From Octopus vulgaris (Eukaryota), in NCBI GenBank assembly GCA_951406725.2, contig OX597816.1, positions 92,752,001 to 92,816,000 on the forward strand: DNA of 64,000 nucleotides. The letters are read 5' to 3'. A model generated the notes under the pieces. It was not told the origin of the DNA. It saw only the letters and a program-made list of their open reading frames with translations, and ran no database searches. The number at the start of each line of letters is the position of its first letter. Position 1 is the first letter of the stretch. The position numbers and the translations under genes were made by a program. Shown here piece after piece: positions 23,515-38,248 of this stretch.

Positions 23515-24821
23515 TGCTGGTTTCCGAATCCAGTCGATTAATGGTACATTGAAAATGTTCCATTACATTTGTCCAAAAACCGAAATCAAAATGGCTTTCG
23601 AAGACGATGATGAATTACCGGTCGAATTATAACGTTTTGGAGAGCTCTTGGAAGTGTGAAAGCTAAAAACCTAAATACTGTTCTGTTTTCGTTGATTTCT
23701 CCAAAGCCTTCGGCTCGATTCATAGAAGTTAAATGGAAGAAATATTACTAGCACATGGGATACTAGATGAAACAATAACAACTATGTTGGTATGCTCTAC
23801 AAAAACACATTCAATTGTATGATCTCCAGATAGCGATACAGATTTCCTTGAAATTGTTGCAGGCGTGTTACAAGGTGCACCTTAACACGCTATATCTTGA
23901 TCATTCACTTGAATTACGTTCTCAAAATATCTGTTGGTTAAAGACAACGGATTCATACAACAGCCTCAAAGGAGTAATAGATATCCTGCCACAAAAATCA
24001 CAGATGCAGATTATGTTGATGATTTAGTGTTAATCTCCGGTCTAGTAAACCAAGTAGAAATCTTTCTCTGTTATCTTGAACATTCAATCAAAGGTAACGG
24101 TCTTCTTGTCAGGTTACAACTCAGACAAAACAGAATACATTAGCATAAATCAAAATGGAACAACCAAAATAGTATATGGCACACCTCTCAACTGGATAAA
24201 AGAATTTAGTTATCTACGTAGTAAAATCTCAAGCTGCGAAAACGATCCAAAAATTGTTAAAGCCTGGAGCGCTATCGACAAGTTACCTCTAGAATAGAAA
24301 TCTAGACTTCTAGATAGCATGAGAAGGAACCTATTTAAAGCAACTGCTATCTTTGTTCTGTGGTATGGTTGTCCACGGAACTTTACCTCAAAATGGCAAG
24401 GAAATTGTATGGAGCCTGTACACGAGTGCTAAGAGAGGCTTTGAATGTCGTCTGGATAGATCGCCTAACCACTGGGCGTTTAGATAATTTCGTCTAGTAT
24501 CAGATATAATAAAAGTGTGTAGTTTCAGACATCATATGGAAAACTTCATCTGGTATCAGACGTCATCAAAGAGCGTAGAGCCAGATTCGCAGGATACTGC
24601 TGGAGAGCTAAAATCGAAGTTGTTGTTGAAGTTCTTTTATGGGAGCCTACGCAAGGAAGAGCTAGCAGAAGACGACAATCTAAGATCTATTACATATGAA
24701 GCAGATTTGTAACGTCATAAAATACAATTCTTCTGGCCTACCGAATATGAAAAATAATAAAAATGAATTGCGATAGAGAGTCATGGGAATCCGTGCTAGC
24801 AGTGCGACCAGATGATGATGA
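23515..24821 (+). mobile_element. Degenerate RTE-type LINE reverse transcriptase and 3' end
   Basis: FVDFSKAF, DTDFLEIVAGVLQG, ITDADYVDDLVL, FSYLRSKI, RFAGYCWR; ends in a (GAT)n tail. Confidence 0.85.
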
Positions 24822-25002
24822 GATAGAAATGATCTTTCTTTTTTTTTTTGTAAAGTTTTTTGAAAAGAACAATTCATATGAAACTGACGGATCACTCAAT
24901 ACGTATTTATGAATTTTTACAAGGAAATGGTTAACAGAGATTTCGAATTTTCAGCTTATGGACCATAACATAGTACATCACCACTCTATGCAAAAGACCG
25001 AA

Positions 25003-25311
25003 ATTTTGGGGAAGGGGGCCAGTCGATTAGATCGACCCCAGTGCGCAAATATTACTTAATCCATCGACCCCCGAAAAGATGAAAGGCAAAGTCGACCTCG
25101 GCGAAATTTGAACTCAGAACGTAAAGACAGACGAAATACCTATTTCTTTACTACCTACAAGGGACTAAACACAGAGGGGACAAACAAGGACAGACAAACG
25201 GATTAAGTCGATTACATCGACCCGAGTGCGTAACTCAGAATGTAATGGCAGACGAAATACTGCTAAGCATTTCGACCGGCGTGCTAACATTTCTGCCAGC
25301 TCGCCGCCTTA
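25003..25311 (-). mobile_element. Dimeric/composite tRNA-derived SINE with Meta-domain-like core
   Basis: Minus strand taaggcggcgagctggcagaa head and gaggtcgactttgcctttcatc core; aactcagaa.gtaa..cagacgaaatac and gtcgatta.atcgaccc.agtgcg each occur twice. Confidence 0.85.
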
Positions 25312-25647
25312 CCTCGTTTACATGTATGCCTAATCAAACCCAAACGATAAACTTCCTTTGTCAAACCATAGAAACTGTCTCCTTCATCCTTTCCTCTCAG
25401 CAAACTCTCTAAGACAAATACTGTCCACCTGACTTTCTCTCTGATCCCTTTACTGCATAATCATTTTTTATCTGCTTACACTACACGTGATTAATATTTA
25501 CGTTCCACCAAAAAAATCACGCATGAAAAAATAATGAAACTGAAAGGCTAAAGTAAACCAAGGTTTAATGATGTCTTGTAATCCGACAGTTCAACGTTTC
25601 TACCAGCCTTCAAATTTTCGACACACACACAAACACACATTTATATA

Positions 25648-25684
<37 letters not shown>

Positions 25685-25810
25685 TTCGCTTAGGCACTGT
25701 GAGATTAACAATCTAGTGTAGAACTCAATATACATATGTTTCAGAATAAAGTGCCCGATGAGTAGATAGCAGTAATAAAAAATGAGATGATACCGATAAA
25801 TATACACCCA

Positions 25811-26630
25811 CGAGAGTGGGGTGAAAATTTATAGGCTGATAGGCTAACGATGAAGGAACGATGCTAAAGCTGTGAAATCTTGCGTGCAATAATTTCAATA
25901 CACTTATTAATAGCTATACTTTTTCTCTCCAGCTAAACTGACAATTGACTGTTCAAAGAAGATTCAAATGTAACTAATAGTGACATCTCTTGAAAATGGA
26001 CAAAAATTGGCATCGTAGTGTTACCATGTACCTGCAGAGAAGGGCTTTAACCCCAAGCAGATTCATGCCGATAGTGTTGCTACATTGGGGTATCACGCTT
26101 AATAGTGCAAAAGTGGGCGGCTGAATTACGGGAGGAAAGGAGTCTTGAAGATGACCCAAAATCTGGACATTCTGCAACTGCTACCACCGAGGAAAATATT
26201 GGTTTTGTTTACCACATGCTGATGGATGACAGACGATTGATCATAAATCAAATAACCAATGCTATTAGCATATTCCGTGAGAGAGTTGAGTTAATTTTGC
26301 AAAATGATCTTGGCATGACGAAGGTTTTTTTCCTCGGTGGGTACCGCTTCTTCTGTCACTTGATCAAAAGTTCACCAGGCTGAACACATTGCATGAGGCA
26401 GATCCAATTGGTTTCGTTGAACGTTTCCTTACTCAGGATGAGTGTTGTGTCCATCATTTTGAGCCACAGACAGAGGGACGATTCATGCAGCAGAATCACC
26501 CTCTCCTCACCTGCTTCAAGAAGGCTAGTTGTTTTATCTGCAGAGACGTTCATGGTTTCAGGGTTTGGGGTGCAAAATGGTCACACCATCAGTGGAGAGT
26601 ATTATGCCAACTTACTGAGGCAGTTACGAA
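25811..26630 (+). mobile_element. Degenerate mariner transposon, 3'-truncated
   Basis: MDKNWHRSV..., VQKWAAEL..SLEDDPKSG, MDDRRLIINQI, RWVP, RFLTQDECCVHHFEP, GHTISGEYYANLLRQLR; 5' TIR-like cgagagtggggtgaaaa. Confidence 0.9.
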
Positions 26631-26652
26631 ATATATATATATATATATATAC

Positions 26653-26683
<31 letters not shown>

Positions 26684-27031
26684 TACATGTATGCATGTAT
26701 ACATACATATATGTTTGTATGTATTCCTGTAAGTATGTATCAAGTATCTATCTAATACATAAAAATACTAACGTATAAATTAAAGTCCAAAGATCACACT
26801 TAATGTATTGACTATAATATCATTATACAAATATTGATCTTTCACACTAAAATATTTCTCTAAATTACTTTAATAAATGGACTATATTATTAACGATGTT
26901 TACTTAATAGGAAGACTTTCACTGTTGCTTATATATTATCAATGAGATATGATCGAAACACTGATTGAAATGTGCTTATATATGTCTGTGTGCGCGTGTG
27001 TTTGTACATAAATACATATGTACACCTACAT

Positions 27032-27101
<70 letters not shown>

Positions 27102-27174
27102 ATACATATGCTTTTGTGTAAACTAGTGCCTTTAAGTCCTTCACGTTTACAGAGAATTGAATGTGTATATAATT

Positions 27175-27372
27175 TCTTGATATTGTAGAGTTTCTTTATT
27201 ATTTACAATGGACGGATAGGTGCCCTCCCTTTGTTTTTTGTTACCACAACATTTCGGCTGATGTACCCTCCAGCCTTCATCAGGTGTTCTGGTGGAATTT
27301 CGAATCCAGCCTTTTATTTGACTAATGGGGTACTCTGTTCTCATTCCTAAGGTATTCTTTTTTTGCTGATGT
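27175..27372 (-). mobile_element. Penelope-like terminal-repeat fragment with hammerhead core (27245-27288)
   Basis: Minus strand CAC-CUGAUGA-A-GGCUG-(10 nt)-CAGCC-GAAAUGUUGUG. Confidence 0.65.
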
Positions 27373-28816
27373 TTTCCCCAAGTCCCTGCCTGAGGGTTAG
27401 TAGACTGCGCTCTTATCCACTACACTATAAGTCCGTAGAGTTTATTTCGTTCATTAAAGACACATAATATTAAATGTTACGTTTACATTTGTCTCCGAAT
27501 GTTGTGTTGATTTATATTTGGTTGTACGTTATCAGCATCTAATTTATTCTTAAGGCAACGGGATTCACTTCTGTGTACTTAATTTTTCTACCCCAAAAAT
27601 AGATTTTGTTAATATTTATTCAACTCTTGAAACAACAGCAACCACGAATAAATGAGGATATAATAAAATTAATTGGTTATTGTAAAGAAATGAAACTCTG
27701 GATTGTCTTGACATTGTGTTAATAATTTAATACATATTTTATCCATTTTGAAATAGCTATGGGCAAATTTTATTCCAGCATCATACTTTCATACGAGTGA
27801 TAAGTATATATTTCAGTTTTTCACAGGGCTTAACTTTCCCAATATTTTCAATATGATCGTTTCTAAAACAAATATCTAGGGTTGATAAAAATAATGGAAA
27901 TCCAAATATTTGTAAAAATCGTATGATTTTATATTAGTATTTATGATCACATATACAATGCCTTGCTATGGTCAAAGATCTATAAAATGTTACTTGATTA
28001 TGTTACCATGAAAACGCAGCCCGTCTAGGAGTAGCATCAGATATTTTCGACCAGCTAGAAATGATAGCTTAAATTTCCTCAAATTGTACCATACCGTTTT
28101 GAAAATGAAGAAGGCACTAGATATGCATAATACATGCATGTTGCCTAGAAAAAGAAAGCAGAAACGTTATTGAGTCTGGAGCTTATTAGATTATAGGCTT
28201 GCTAAATCATGGTTGGTACGGGATTAAATAACAACAAAACAACTGTTTACTCAGACGGAGACGATTGTTTATATTTCATGAATTGCTAAGTACTATCTTA
28301 AGTGTTTTCCAAGAGACATACCAATCAGTGTTTCGATCATGGAATCTCATTGATAATATATAAGCAATAGTGAATGTGTTCATATTAAGTAAACATTGTT
28401 GATACTATAGTCCATTTATTAAAGTAATTTAGAGAAATATTTTAGTGTGAAAGACCAATACTTGTGTAATGATATCTTAGTCAATACATTAAGTGTGATC
28501 TTTGGACTTATAGCTTGTACTAAGTGTTTTTATGTATATTACTAATATTTTGTAATTCTTTATCATATTTGTATATCAATAGTTTAAGACAATACTCATA
28601 CCTTATGCATTGAATTAATGTATTTTATTTATTTCCTGACAATACATTAACGAAAGAATTTCTGAGTAGAATACCATTCTCCATGTTTTCTGTGAAGTTC
28701 TTCGACATGATAACGATGACTATGATGGCAAATATAGCAATGATGATGATAATTCTTCAAACTACTGCTTCTGACGATGCTAATGGTGATGACTACAACA
28801 ACAAAAATAATAATAG

Positions 28817-28817
28817 C

Positions 28818-28872
<55 letters not shown>

Positions 28873-28879
28873 GTTATTA

Positions 28880-28919
<40 letters not shown>
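28817..28919. repeat. (TAT)n microsatellite with TGT interruptions
   Basis: Directly visible; source of the poly-Tyr ORF. Confidence 0.95.
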
Positions 28920-30145
28920 GTATTCTCCGCTTGTGGTTCTGATTTCACAGTGAAAATTGTTATGGCATGAGAGGAGGTGTGAACCCGTAACATAAAGGCC
29001 TCATTTATGTCAGTAAAGACTGTTCATGTTTATTGATTGAAAGCGAGAGCTGTTTGAGGTCATGTGAAATTGGTGAAGGACAAAAGATAAAGAAGAATGA
29101 TTCTAGGAAGATATAAGGATTGAAACAATGAATCAACATAGCGTGCTGGGTTAACAGAGCAAGAATTGGGCTACATTAAAGAGAGAGAATGAAATTAAAT
29201 ATAGAATGCCTCTAGGGAAAATCTTTTGCTGTTCTGGCTAAGTAGAAAGCAGTGACTAGCAGCAAGTGGCGAAGAGTTGATTGTTAATAATAATGGGCTG
29301 CACGATATAACTATAAGTTTGGAGCCATTGATATGCAATCGTTCTATTATGGTATTTTCACCAATACAATAAACGTCATATAAATGTAGTGCTGTCAATA
29401 AATAGTTCGCTGTAAAGGCTTGCAAACAACAATCGCAGAATTCCACTGTTACGGTTTACTCTATTAACTAGACAGATTTAATCTTTAATTGACTCCTATA
29501 TAGAGGATGTATTGTGGTTTCACATCTGTAGTGGCTTGATAGACAATTATACAGAAGTCACTTGTTATGTTTGATAGAGCACTCGGTGTATAGTTGACAC
29601 AGGTAGAAGTGTTCGACTGCAATACAGGGGCCAACTGTTGTAGTGGATTTTCTATTACGTATATAGCTGACGTATGTTTATAGACAGTTGCATGTACCGT
29701 TTATATAACAGCAGTTAAATAACTGGAAAGAGAACATATGTAATGACTGTAATTGTAATGTGAATATGGCATATAAATGTAGAAGTTGGCAGAGTAACAA
29801 AACAAATGTTTATACAATCAAAAATAGACTCGTAGAGAGGGAACACTTGTAGTTTAGAAGAAACTGTTTAAAGAAAACATTTAATAGCTAGGAGTTGTTT
29901 GTTGTAAGCTACAGACTTTGATATACATTGTAGAAGCATACATGCACTAGTTTATACATTACGCTATGGAAAATGACAGGTTTAGCTCATAAACTATTAA
30001 ATAGAAGTGAATAGCAATTGCTAAAAGTTTGCCACTAGTAATCTAGAGCCTAAAGTTTCAAACAATGTACTTTGTTTTCCAATAGAACAACTTTAAATGT
30101 TACATTCTACTTCCTTTTGTAGCACGTACGCATACACACATATCG

Positions 30146-30492
30146 TTTACCTGTTTCAGTTATTGGACTGCGACCATGCTGGGGCACCACCTTATAGTCT
30201 ATTTTGCCGGAGTGATCAGTTACGAGAACGTAAGCAAACCAACAGCAGTTGTTGAGCGATAGTAGGGGTACAAACGCAAAGGTACACTCAATCACTCACA
30301 CACGCGCGCGTGCGTGCACATATTTATAGGCAGGCTTATTTCAGTTTCCGTCGATAAAGTACACTCACAAGGCTTTGGTCATCCCATAGCGATAGTTGGA
30401 AACACTAGCCCAAAGTGCCACGCATTTGGGCTGAACCTGGAATGATGTGGTTGAGAAGCTAACTTCTTACCACATACTCATGCCTGCACCTA
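30146..30492 (-). mobile_element. Old Octopus-SINE-related copy
   Basis: tgtttcagttattggactgcgaccatgctggggcacc; cactcacaaggctttggtc; cttcttaccaca. Confidence 0.8.
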
Positions 30493-33400
30493 TTTATATA
30501 ATACTTTTGCTGCTATATCCAATCCAATCCTATACACCTATTCTAATGACTAGCATTATATTACCATTTAGATATTAAAAATAATTGCTTTTTAGTATTA
30601 AAAAAAATGCAGGCGATAAACTACTAAATGATATGCACTTCGTAAACGCTTTGCGAAAAGCCTTGTCTACCTGATACAAAGAGTTCCTTATAGTTGGTGG
30701 TGTGATTTTAATTTCAAGACGTATTTAAAGCTAATAGAATGTAACTGAGGCAGACTAATATTGTCTTGTCCTTATAGTGGTTTATAGTCTATACAACAAC
30801 AACAACAGGCTATAACAACAATAACAGATTAGGAATTTTTACTTTATGTTCGACAATAATGTTGAATCTAAATTGTACTTTGTGCACAAGGCCAGCTTTG
30901 TGGATATGAATTATAGCTGACTGAATAAATCTCAGTATGATATTGATATCGACTATAAAATGTAGGCAGCCTTAGTTGCACTTAAATTCATAACAGATGG
31001 GAGTTTCGGAGCATTGTAAGGAATTAATCCAGTTGACATTGTACTTCTATCTATGACTTATTCTGAATATCAGCATCTACAGTTGAGAGTCACCTACTGT
31101 CTGTCCATATATCACTACACGGAAAAGCAATAAATCTAGTGTTATTTGGACTCCAAACCATGAGCCAATGGAATTTCGCAAAGTTACCGACCCTGATTCA
31201 TGTTCACTTCGGAGTGAAAGCTGCACGATTTTTTTTTTTTTTTTTTTGAGAGAGAGATTCCAGTTTGAATCTATGGCTACCACTTCATTCTATTAGTTAT
31301 GATTTTTCGTTTTAACGTTCATGTGTCCACTACGCAGGATACGTCAGGAATCGAAACCGGGTCGTTCTTTCGCACTGAGAATTCAAATCTTGCATGGCCT
31401 CTTGCCTTTCATCACTCTGGAGCAGTGTCCGCAACATAAAAACCAGATATATACTTGAGACGATTATTTTCACCATTTCCTTCATAAATAATTAACATGT
31501 TTTTCATTGTCTACAGAAATGATTAGTAATGACATATAAGAAGTCGTGACTTTCATTCCTTTCCCAAACACATTAACAAAGTGATGCTTGGTAATAAGAT
31601 AAATGTTAGAAGTAGACTTTTGATGTTCAATGAGGAAAGGCCTTCAAGGAAAGTGACAGTAGGAGAGTTCTTGAGTTCATTGTTGGCTAGCACCAGAGTA
31701 ATCATCTGTCATTTTCTCATAAGAAAATTACCTTTAGGCCATTGATAATGCAGAACTTCATTAACGTAAACTGTCCTTTCGGCAGTTTTTCCTTGATACT
31801 AATGAGATAATAACTTCTGTTGAGTTCTCGACTAACTATATGGTAAACTTCTTTTACTGAATTACCAAACTCAATAAGAATCCTATCTCAATTCGTTTAG
31901 TTACAATTTCAAACCCCATTTATTTATCAAGAATATAAGTAATTTTTTCCACATGAACAGAAGATATAGATCACAAACAAATGAAATGTTACGAAGGAAT
32001 GAATGAAAGAAATGAATAGCCTCAAACCCCAACCATTGAAAGTAAATAAGGTTGACTGAGAGAACCATTGTAATGTAAATGACAACGATGATGATGGTGG
32101 TGATAATAATAAATAGTTGGTGATGTGAAAATACCATATTTTGCGGACAAGCATTTAGGCTGACTGTTTGGAAAAATAATAGAAATCCTACTGAAAAAAT
32201 ACATAGCTTAAATTGATTTATTATTTACGCTCAAAGCACTAACATTTTAAATGAGAGCAATGATTGTGTTCGAGTTACGTGTCCTTCTCAAAGAGGAGTC
32301 AAATCCACATGATAATACTTGATTTAAAAAAAAACTTATGAATAATGCAGACAATAGACTCATCAGAATATGGGGATAACGGAATTTACAGAGCATCAAA
32401 TATAATGCGTTGTGACAAATAAATTCCCTTTAAAGTACTGAGTTCAATTATTCCCACCCCCGCTTCTTGGTTGATAGCATAAGTAACGGTCAAATGCTGG
32501 GATTGATTTAACTATGTTCCTCCTACTCTAAAATGTCTTCCATAGTGTCTATATATTTAGAGTCCATATTTGCATTTTACGATGGATGTAAATTGTAGAA
32601 TCAATAGAGCGTCTCCTCACGTTTTATGTTTGAGTTTGAAATCCATCTATGATAAATTAACTTTCCCCTAATCAGGCAATTTTAGTGTTATACTAAGAAA
32701 TTATCATTTATTGCCACATAATGCAGGCTCTTTTGATTTATTGCTACTGCATTCCTATCTTTAAAGTAATTTTTATCTGCTCCGATAAGTCATTTAGCTC
32801 TATGAGCACAAGATCCATTTTAGACCAACCAGTTGATAAAGTAAAGAATTGCTTTATTTGTCAAAAGGGAAGAATTTTACTATCGGGGGTTAAGAATTTC
32901 AACTAATTATCAATTTGCTACCCTAAATATTCATTCCTGAAAGGCTGCTGTACATAGAAGGGAAAATGACAATGTTAAGGAAAATATTAAGGATGAATGA
33001 TGAAGAAAATAATAATGATGAATGGTAACTAATCTCAAAAGAACGTCAAGTGATAAAATCATATGATGTATTTCGCTTCTGACACATTTTCATGTAAGAT
33101 CTAGCAGCTATTAGATAACCAATATCTTTGAATTAATAATCATTGATTCTATGCAGTGGAACGTAGATTTCCTAAGGGGCTTTTGTCAAGAATTGAAACA
33201 TTTATTTTATAGACGAATTGTGACAGAGAATGTAATGTTTCAATACTCTCATTAAGCAAAAACAAGAGATATTTCTCCTTTGTATAAATATTGGGAATAG
33301 GTTTTAAAATCAATATTTAATAAAGCTACAGTAATGGGATTTAAGCCTATATAGCTCGTACTTATGTATTCTAGTAAGATCTGACTTTAAATCTTCCCAA

Positions 33401-33879
33401 TTAAGCTATTTCTACTTGTATTAGATAGCTCTATGTAATGAGTTTAAAGTCGGAAAAACTGCTTTGCAGAAACTATCACACAAAGACCTTTATGTTAAAG
33501 AAAATAAGGTAATTAGGGGATCCTGATCTGAGAATGATTATTGCTTTTATATTACTTGTAGCGCTGTGTATTATTAGAATATTTAAAGCGATTGGCAAAA
33601 TCTATTGTGGTATTTAGTTATATCAATTTACGCAGTAGAGTTAAAAGAGGACGAGGTAAAGTTTGCGAATCATCCTTTAGAGACGATAATATAAGTGCCA
33701 TCGAGTACTTGGATCGATAATCTGACTGTTCTCTCTCACGAAGAAATCAATAAGATTGATCAAAGGTCAATCAATTTATTCTGTTTATCCGTACAAGTGT
33801 GCAGGCTAAATAAATATTAATAATTGCTGTCTTTGAACCGTTAAGAGAATATGAACTCGTAATGGATACATTATTATCC

Positions 33880-34060
33880 ATTCTAAAATATTTTGCCCAA
33901 TTTGTGAGCGCCTTACATCATCCATGTCGATCATACAGATCATGGAAGATATGCGAAGGTTATAGGCACAACCCCTTCCTCCAAACCGAGCTATTAAATT
34001 AAATCGATATTCCATGATGCCCATCGAATTGCCTATCGAACCTATTGAGTCTGCCGTAAA
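33880..34060 (-). mobile_element. Degenerate non-LTR RT fragment
   Basis: RFNLIARFGGRGC...ICMIDM resembles the F....G.rQGC..sP..F..cid RT motif, with frameshifts. Confidence 0.35.
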
Positions 34061-36074
34061 TTGTTATACAGCAAGGCCAAACAGATACTAAAGAAAAATT
34101 TAAGCAAATACTATAATAACAATAAACTATGTTATATTCACATAAACTGTACAGAATGTATTACTCCTCTCTAAGATGGTTGCAATCATTTTGATTCCGA
34201 TTGACAGACTTGAGACATGAGTCAACGTTACATTAGTAAATTTGTCAATAATTACAACTAATAATTCCTACTGAATCAGAAGCTGCAATTGTAGACTAGA
34301 TTCTTAAGTCAAAAGCTTGGAGGCTGTGCACAAAAGATTCTTTGACTTGATATCCAAATGTTAGCTAAATACTAGCAATGCTCTTTTGATTTTGACAAAA
34401 CGAGGTTAACCATTCTGCTGTGGAAAAAAACGTCAGAAGTTAAATGATAACAACTGGATATAATGATTGTGTGTCCTTCAAGAAAGATAGGCTCAGTTGC
34501 AACATAATAGTGAATTGTAATCCAAACACAATCCAAGACTAGCTATACATTTCTTGATAATTTCAGATGAGGTTATCTGCAGCAGTAAACACGTAGGTGT
34601 GCTGATTAATTGCTCTATCCACATGAAGTGTTGCCTCATCTGACCAATTTATGGAATTAATAAAATGAGGATCATTATGAAAGGACATTAATATCTTGTC
34701 GCAGAATTGAGCTTAGCGATTTAAATCGTGTTTATTAAGTGTTTGTAAGAGTCTAGGGATAAAGTAGCGTAAATTTAAATCAACTGGAATGGGCCGATAT
34801 TTAGCTGTTGACTAACTGAACATTTCCTTCTCTTCTGACTTAAACTAGATGATCGAAACAAGGCGCATCTATCAGTAACCACATACCCTCCCCCTTGCTA
34901 AACAGCATTTTAATCGTTCTTCTGGTTAGTGTACCACTCACGAACTCCTTCCCCCATTATTGTTGAATTGAAATTGGATATTGAAATAAATATTCCTGCT
35001 TAACAAGGTACGCATGGTTTGCAACGGTGTAACATAACTGATTCGTATTTCTGAAATTAAAATGTGTGCACGCAGCCTTAATTTACATAGTAATATTTTA
35101 AAGTAAATTTTATTGGCTATTACAGTTCAACTCAATGGTTAGTTTGAAATGTTATTCTATAAGAACTATGACAAACAAGTGTTTCGTTTCATTTACGCTA
35201 CTAATTCGCTTGGAAAATTAACAGTATCAAATCTGAAAGTTATTGAACTGATCGCAATATTTCTCAACACTCATAAATGGCTGAAGTACAACGCTGATAC
35301 GATTACAATTTATGTTATACATAAGCTCTATGGTTTTGGAAAAAGACATGACCGTCAAAATATTTTCTCTTACTCAAAGTTTTATACTATTGCTTTACTT
35401 AGTCCAGAAGCAACCAATATTAATAGTGCTTTTGTTCAATGCAATTTACTTTCATATGTCTAAATTCCAAGTCATAGATTTAACTGGGAAGTGAGAGTTG
35501 ATTAAATCGACCTAAATATATCTCATCCGGGTTGTAAGGAAACATAATTGACTACAGCGATATTTGAAGTTTGAACACTATGTCGAATTTTGGATACCAT
35601 AAAGAATAGCATTGATATTTCAAGACTTTTTCAAGGTCGATACAAAAGGGCATCTGACAACAGTTTAAAGAATTTATGGTTAGTTCACAGACTCCAGCAC
35701 TGCAATATATCCGACACTAAAATACTTCAAAAATATACCACTGGCATTCATTTGTAGTAGACTGCTGTGTCTTTTTGTTGTTGGTGAGAGATTTTGGCTG
35801 AAGTAAAAAAAAAAAAAAAAAGAAAAAGAAAAGAGACTATCCAGTAGTCCCTGTACAACCCCAATAGTTTATTGGATATGCACACTAAAACCATGACGAT
35901 TTTAACAAAATTTCCTAACTTTGGGCACCAATTGTTTTCCTCTTTGATACCACTTACATATGAATAAATTATTTTGACGGATTTTCTAAATATAAAAAGT
36001 CATATCCCATAACTCAATCGATTTCGGAGGTACAATTAAAGTAATTGTGTATACTTAACACACACACACACACA

Positions 36075-36141
<67 letters not shown>

Positions 36142-36169
36142 GTGAGTGTATATATGAGATGTATACGAG

Positions 36170-36860
36170 TAAGTAAAAATTGAGCGAAGTACTCGGACTT
36201 CATCAAGCGTCCAATCATGCAGCCCAGATGTTGGTATGAGTCCTGACACTGCAAGCATATTGTGGGTCACTGTTTTATTGACTGCAGAGAGTTCTGAGGT
36301 CCAAATTTTCTTTATTCGGCTGTAATATTATTTAGTGACACGTAATTTGTTACAGGTGCCATTGTAAGATATATTTTCATCCGCTTCTAGATATCTGTAA
36401 CATTCCTTGTCAGATACAGTGGAAACAGTCAAATCACTGATGGAGATGTTACTAGTCTGGTTTATAATTTCCCCCTTTTCACAACCATATAACAACATTT
36501 ATCATGACCAAAATCCAACCCTACATTCTATGAGGATGTTGTAACTAGGTTAAGGCTCTTTTTCATCTCATGCATATTCTTTGCATACATTTTTAAGACA
36601 TCCACAAAGAAACAGTGTGTAATTTTGGTATTTCTGTTTCCTTGTGAACCAGTGAGATATCCTTCAGACTTCCTTAACATGAATGACAAGGCGTTTACAG
36701 AAAGCATCAACAACACAGATGGTACAGATTGGTAAGAAACGGTCGGTAGGTTAGCTTCTTATACCAATATCCAACAATCAAGTCTCTTCCATCCTGAAGT
36801 TGCAAGTGTTTCACCATCAATATTGTATATCTTGGATGTAACACAGGAACAATGATGTTT
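36170..36860 (-). mobile_element. R4/Dong-like LINE RT fragment
   Basis: LSFMLRKSEGYLTGSQGNRNTKITHCFFVDVLKMYAKN parallels LSFLLQKANGYMLGSSNARNINVTQNFFVNDLKIYAKS at about 52800. Confidence 0.85.
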
Positions 36861-36891
36861 TCGGATTTCTTGTATGTATGTAAGTATGTAT

Positions 36892-37445
36892 GTCAGGTCA
36901 CTTTCGAGTGCTACTGGTAACATGTAACCCAGTACAACATGTTGCATGATCGGGTCGTCGGCGACTAAACCGGCAACCCCACCAAGCTTGCTTGGTGAGG
37001 AGGGTGTTTATTGGACACCCTGCGGGATGAAAATACAAAACCCGTCAAAGGGCGAAGGAACTCTTGAGAGTCAACGGCCATCCAATAAATGTCTTAAGGC
37101 TGTATCATGCGCGGGGACATAGAGATAATCGGACTGAATACCCGATCGCGCGGTTAAACCATTGGGAGTGAAGGACTCCTAGCCTCTGTTAGGGCATCCT
37201 TCTAGGAGAAGGTAACTCGGGTAACTGGGATAACTCCGACATAAAACCTGCGGCTCAGTGGTTACCGATGTAGTTGACTTGTTCTTCTTTTCGGATTATG
37301 GCTGCTGTTGCTTAGTGAGTGAGATTAACTCAGTGCACAGCCTTTCCTCACTCTAAAAAAATTTTCTTGCACAGGCATTGCACGATAACAACATTGATTA
37401 AGCTTCGTGCAATGGCCATACTCGATAACGAGGGGGCAGCCACCA
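36892..37445 (+). mobile_element. Non-autonomous RTE-derived (bipartite) retroposon within (TATG)n
   Basis: No ORF; RTE-like tctaggagaaggtaactc motif; 3' end gcaatggccatactcgataacgagggggcagccacca matches the LINE end at 62224-62260; TATG repeats on both sides. Confidence 0.75.
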
Positions 37446-37522
37446 TGTATGTATGTATGTATATACATATATATACACATATATATGTATGTATTTATGT
37501 ATATACATACATATATATACAC

Positions 37523-37561
<39 letters not shown>

Positions 37562-38060
37562 ACGTGGCACTCTATAGAAGAAGTGTACAAGAACTGTAAT
37601 ATGGCCCATGAGATCAGTAGCTCTCCAGCGATGTGACACGGCATGCAGTTGAGCCGCGAAATATAGTACGGGAGGCCACGAAAATAAAAAAATTCTAAGA
37701 ACTGAAAAATAGAATCTCAAATTCTATATATATAATTTCCATTAACTTATGCGTCATGTACTGAACAAAGAAACGATCATTTAATAATTTGGTGTAGTTA
37801 AAATTATTTATATTTATAGGCTAAAATATAAATATCTTTAAATAATTTTTGTTTATGCACAAAATGCATCGATATTTTATATTTGTTCTAAAGTATGCCG
37901 CAAGTAAAAAAAAAATGGGAAATTTGCATTATATTGAAGTGTTGATTTTGAATCCGCCAATATACTTAAACAAAGCAATCAGAAGCAATTCACCATATAA
38001 AATAAATATACACCGCAGCGCAACGTATACTTACATACATACATACACACATACATATAA

Positions 38061-38091
<31 letters not shown>

Positions 38092-38248
38092 TGCCAAACA
38101 AACTCACGCGCACACACACGTATGTATGTGTGTTCGAATTGTAATTGCTATTATTACTAATGTACATCTAAACATACTTTTTGCATTGAACGCATCCACT
38201 TATGGTTTTTTGTGTACATAAATGCATAAAGAAATATATATATGTGCA

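Noticed and set aside
29280-29800. Ig-like YKCSAVN motif
   Set aside because: Surrounded by stops, with no upstream Cys/Trp pattern or splice support.
33469-33507. 39-nt phase-0 micro-exon candidate KLSHKDLYVKENK
   Set aside because: Weak pyrimidine tract and no partner exons; expected by chance in AT-rich DNA.
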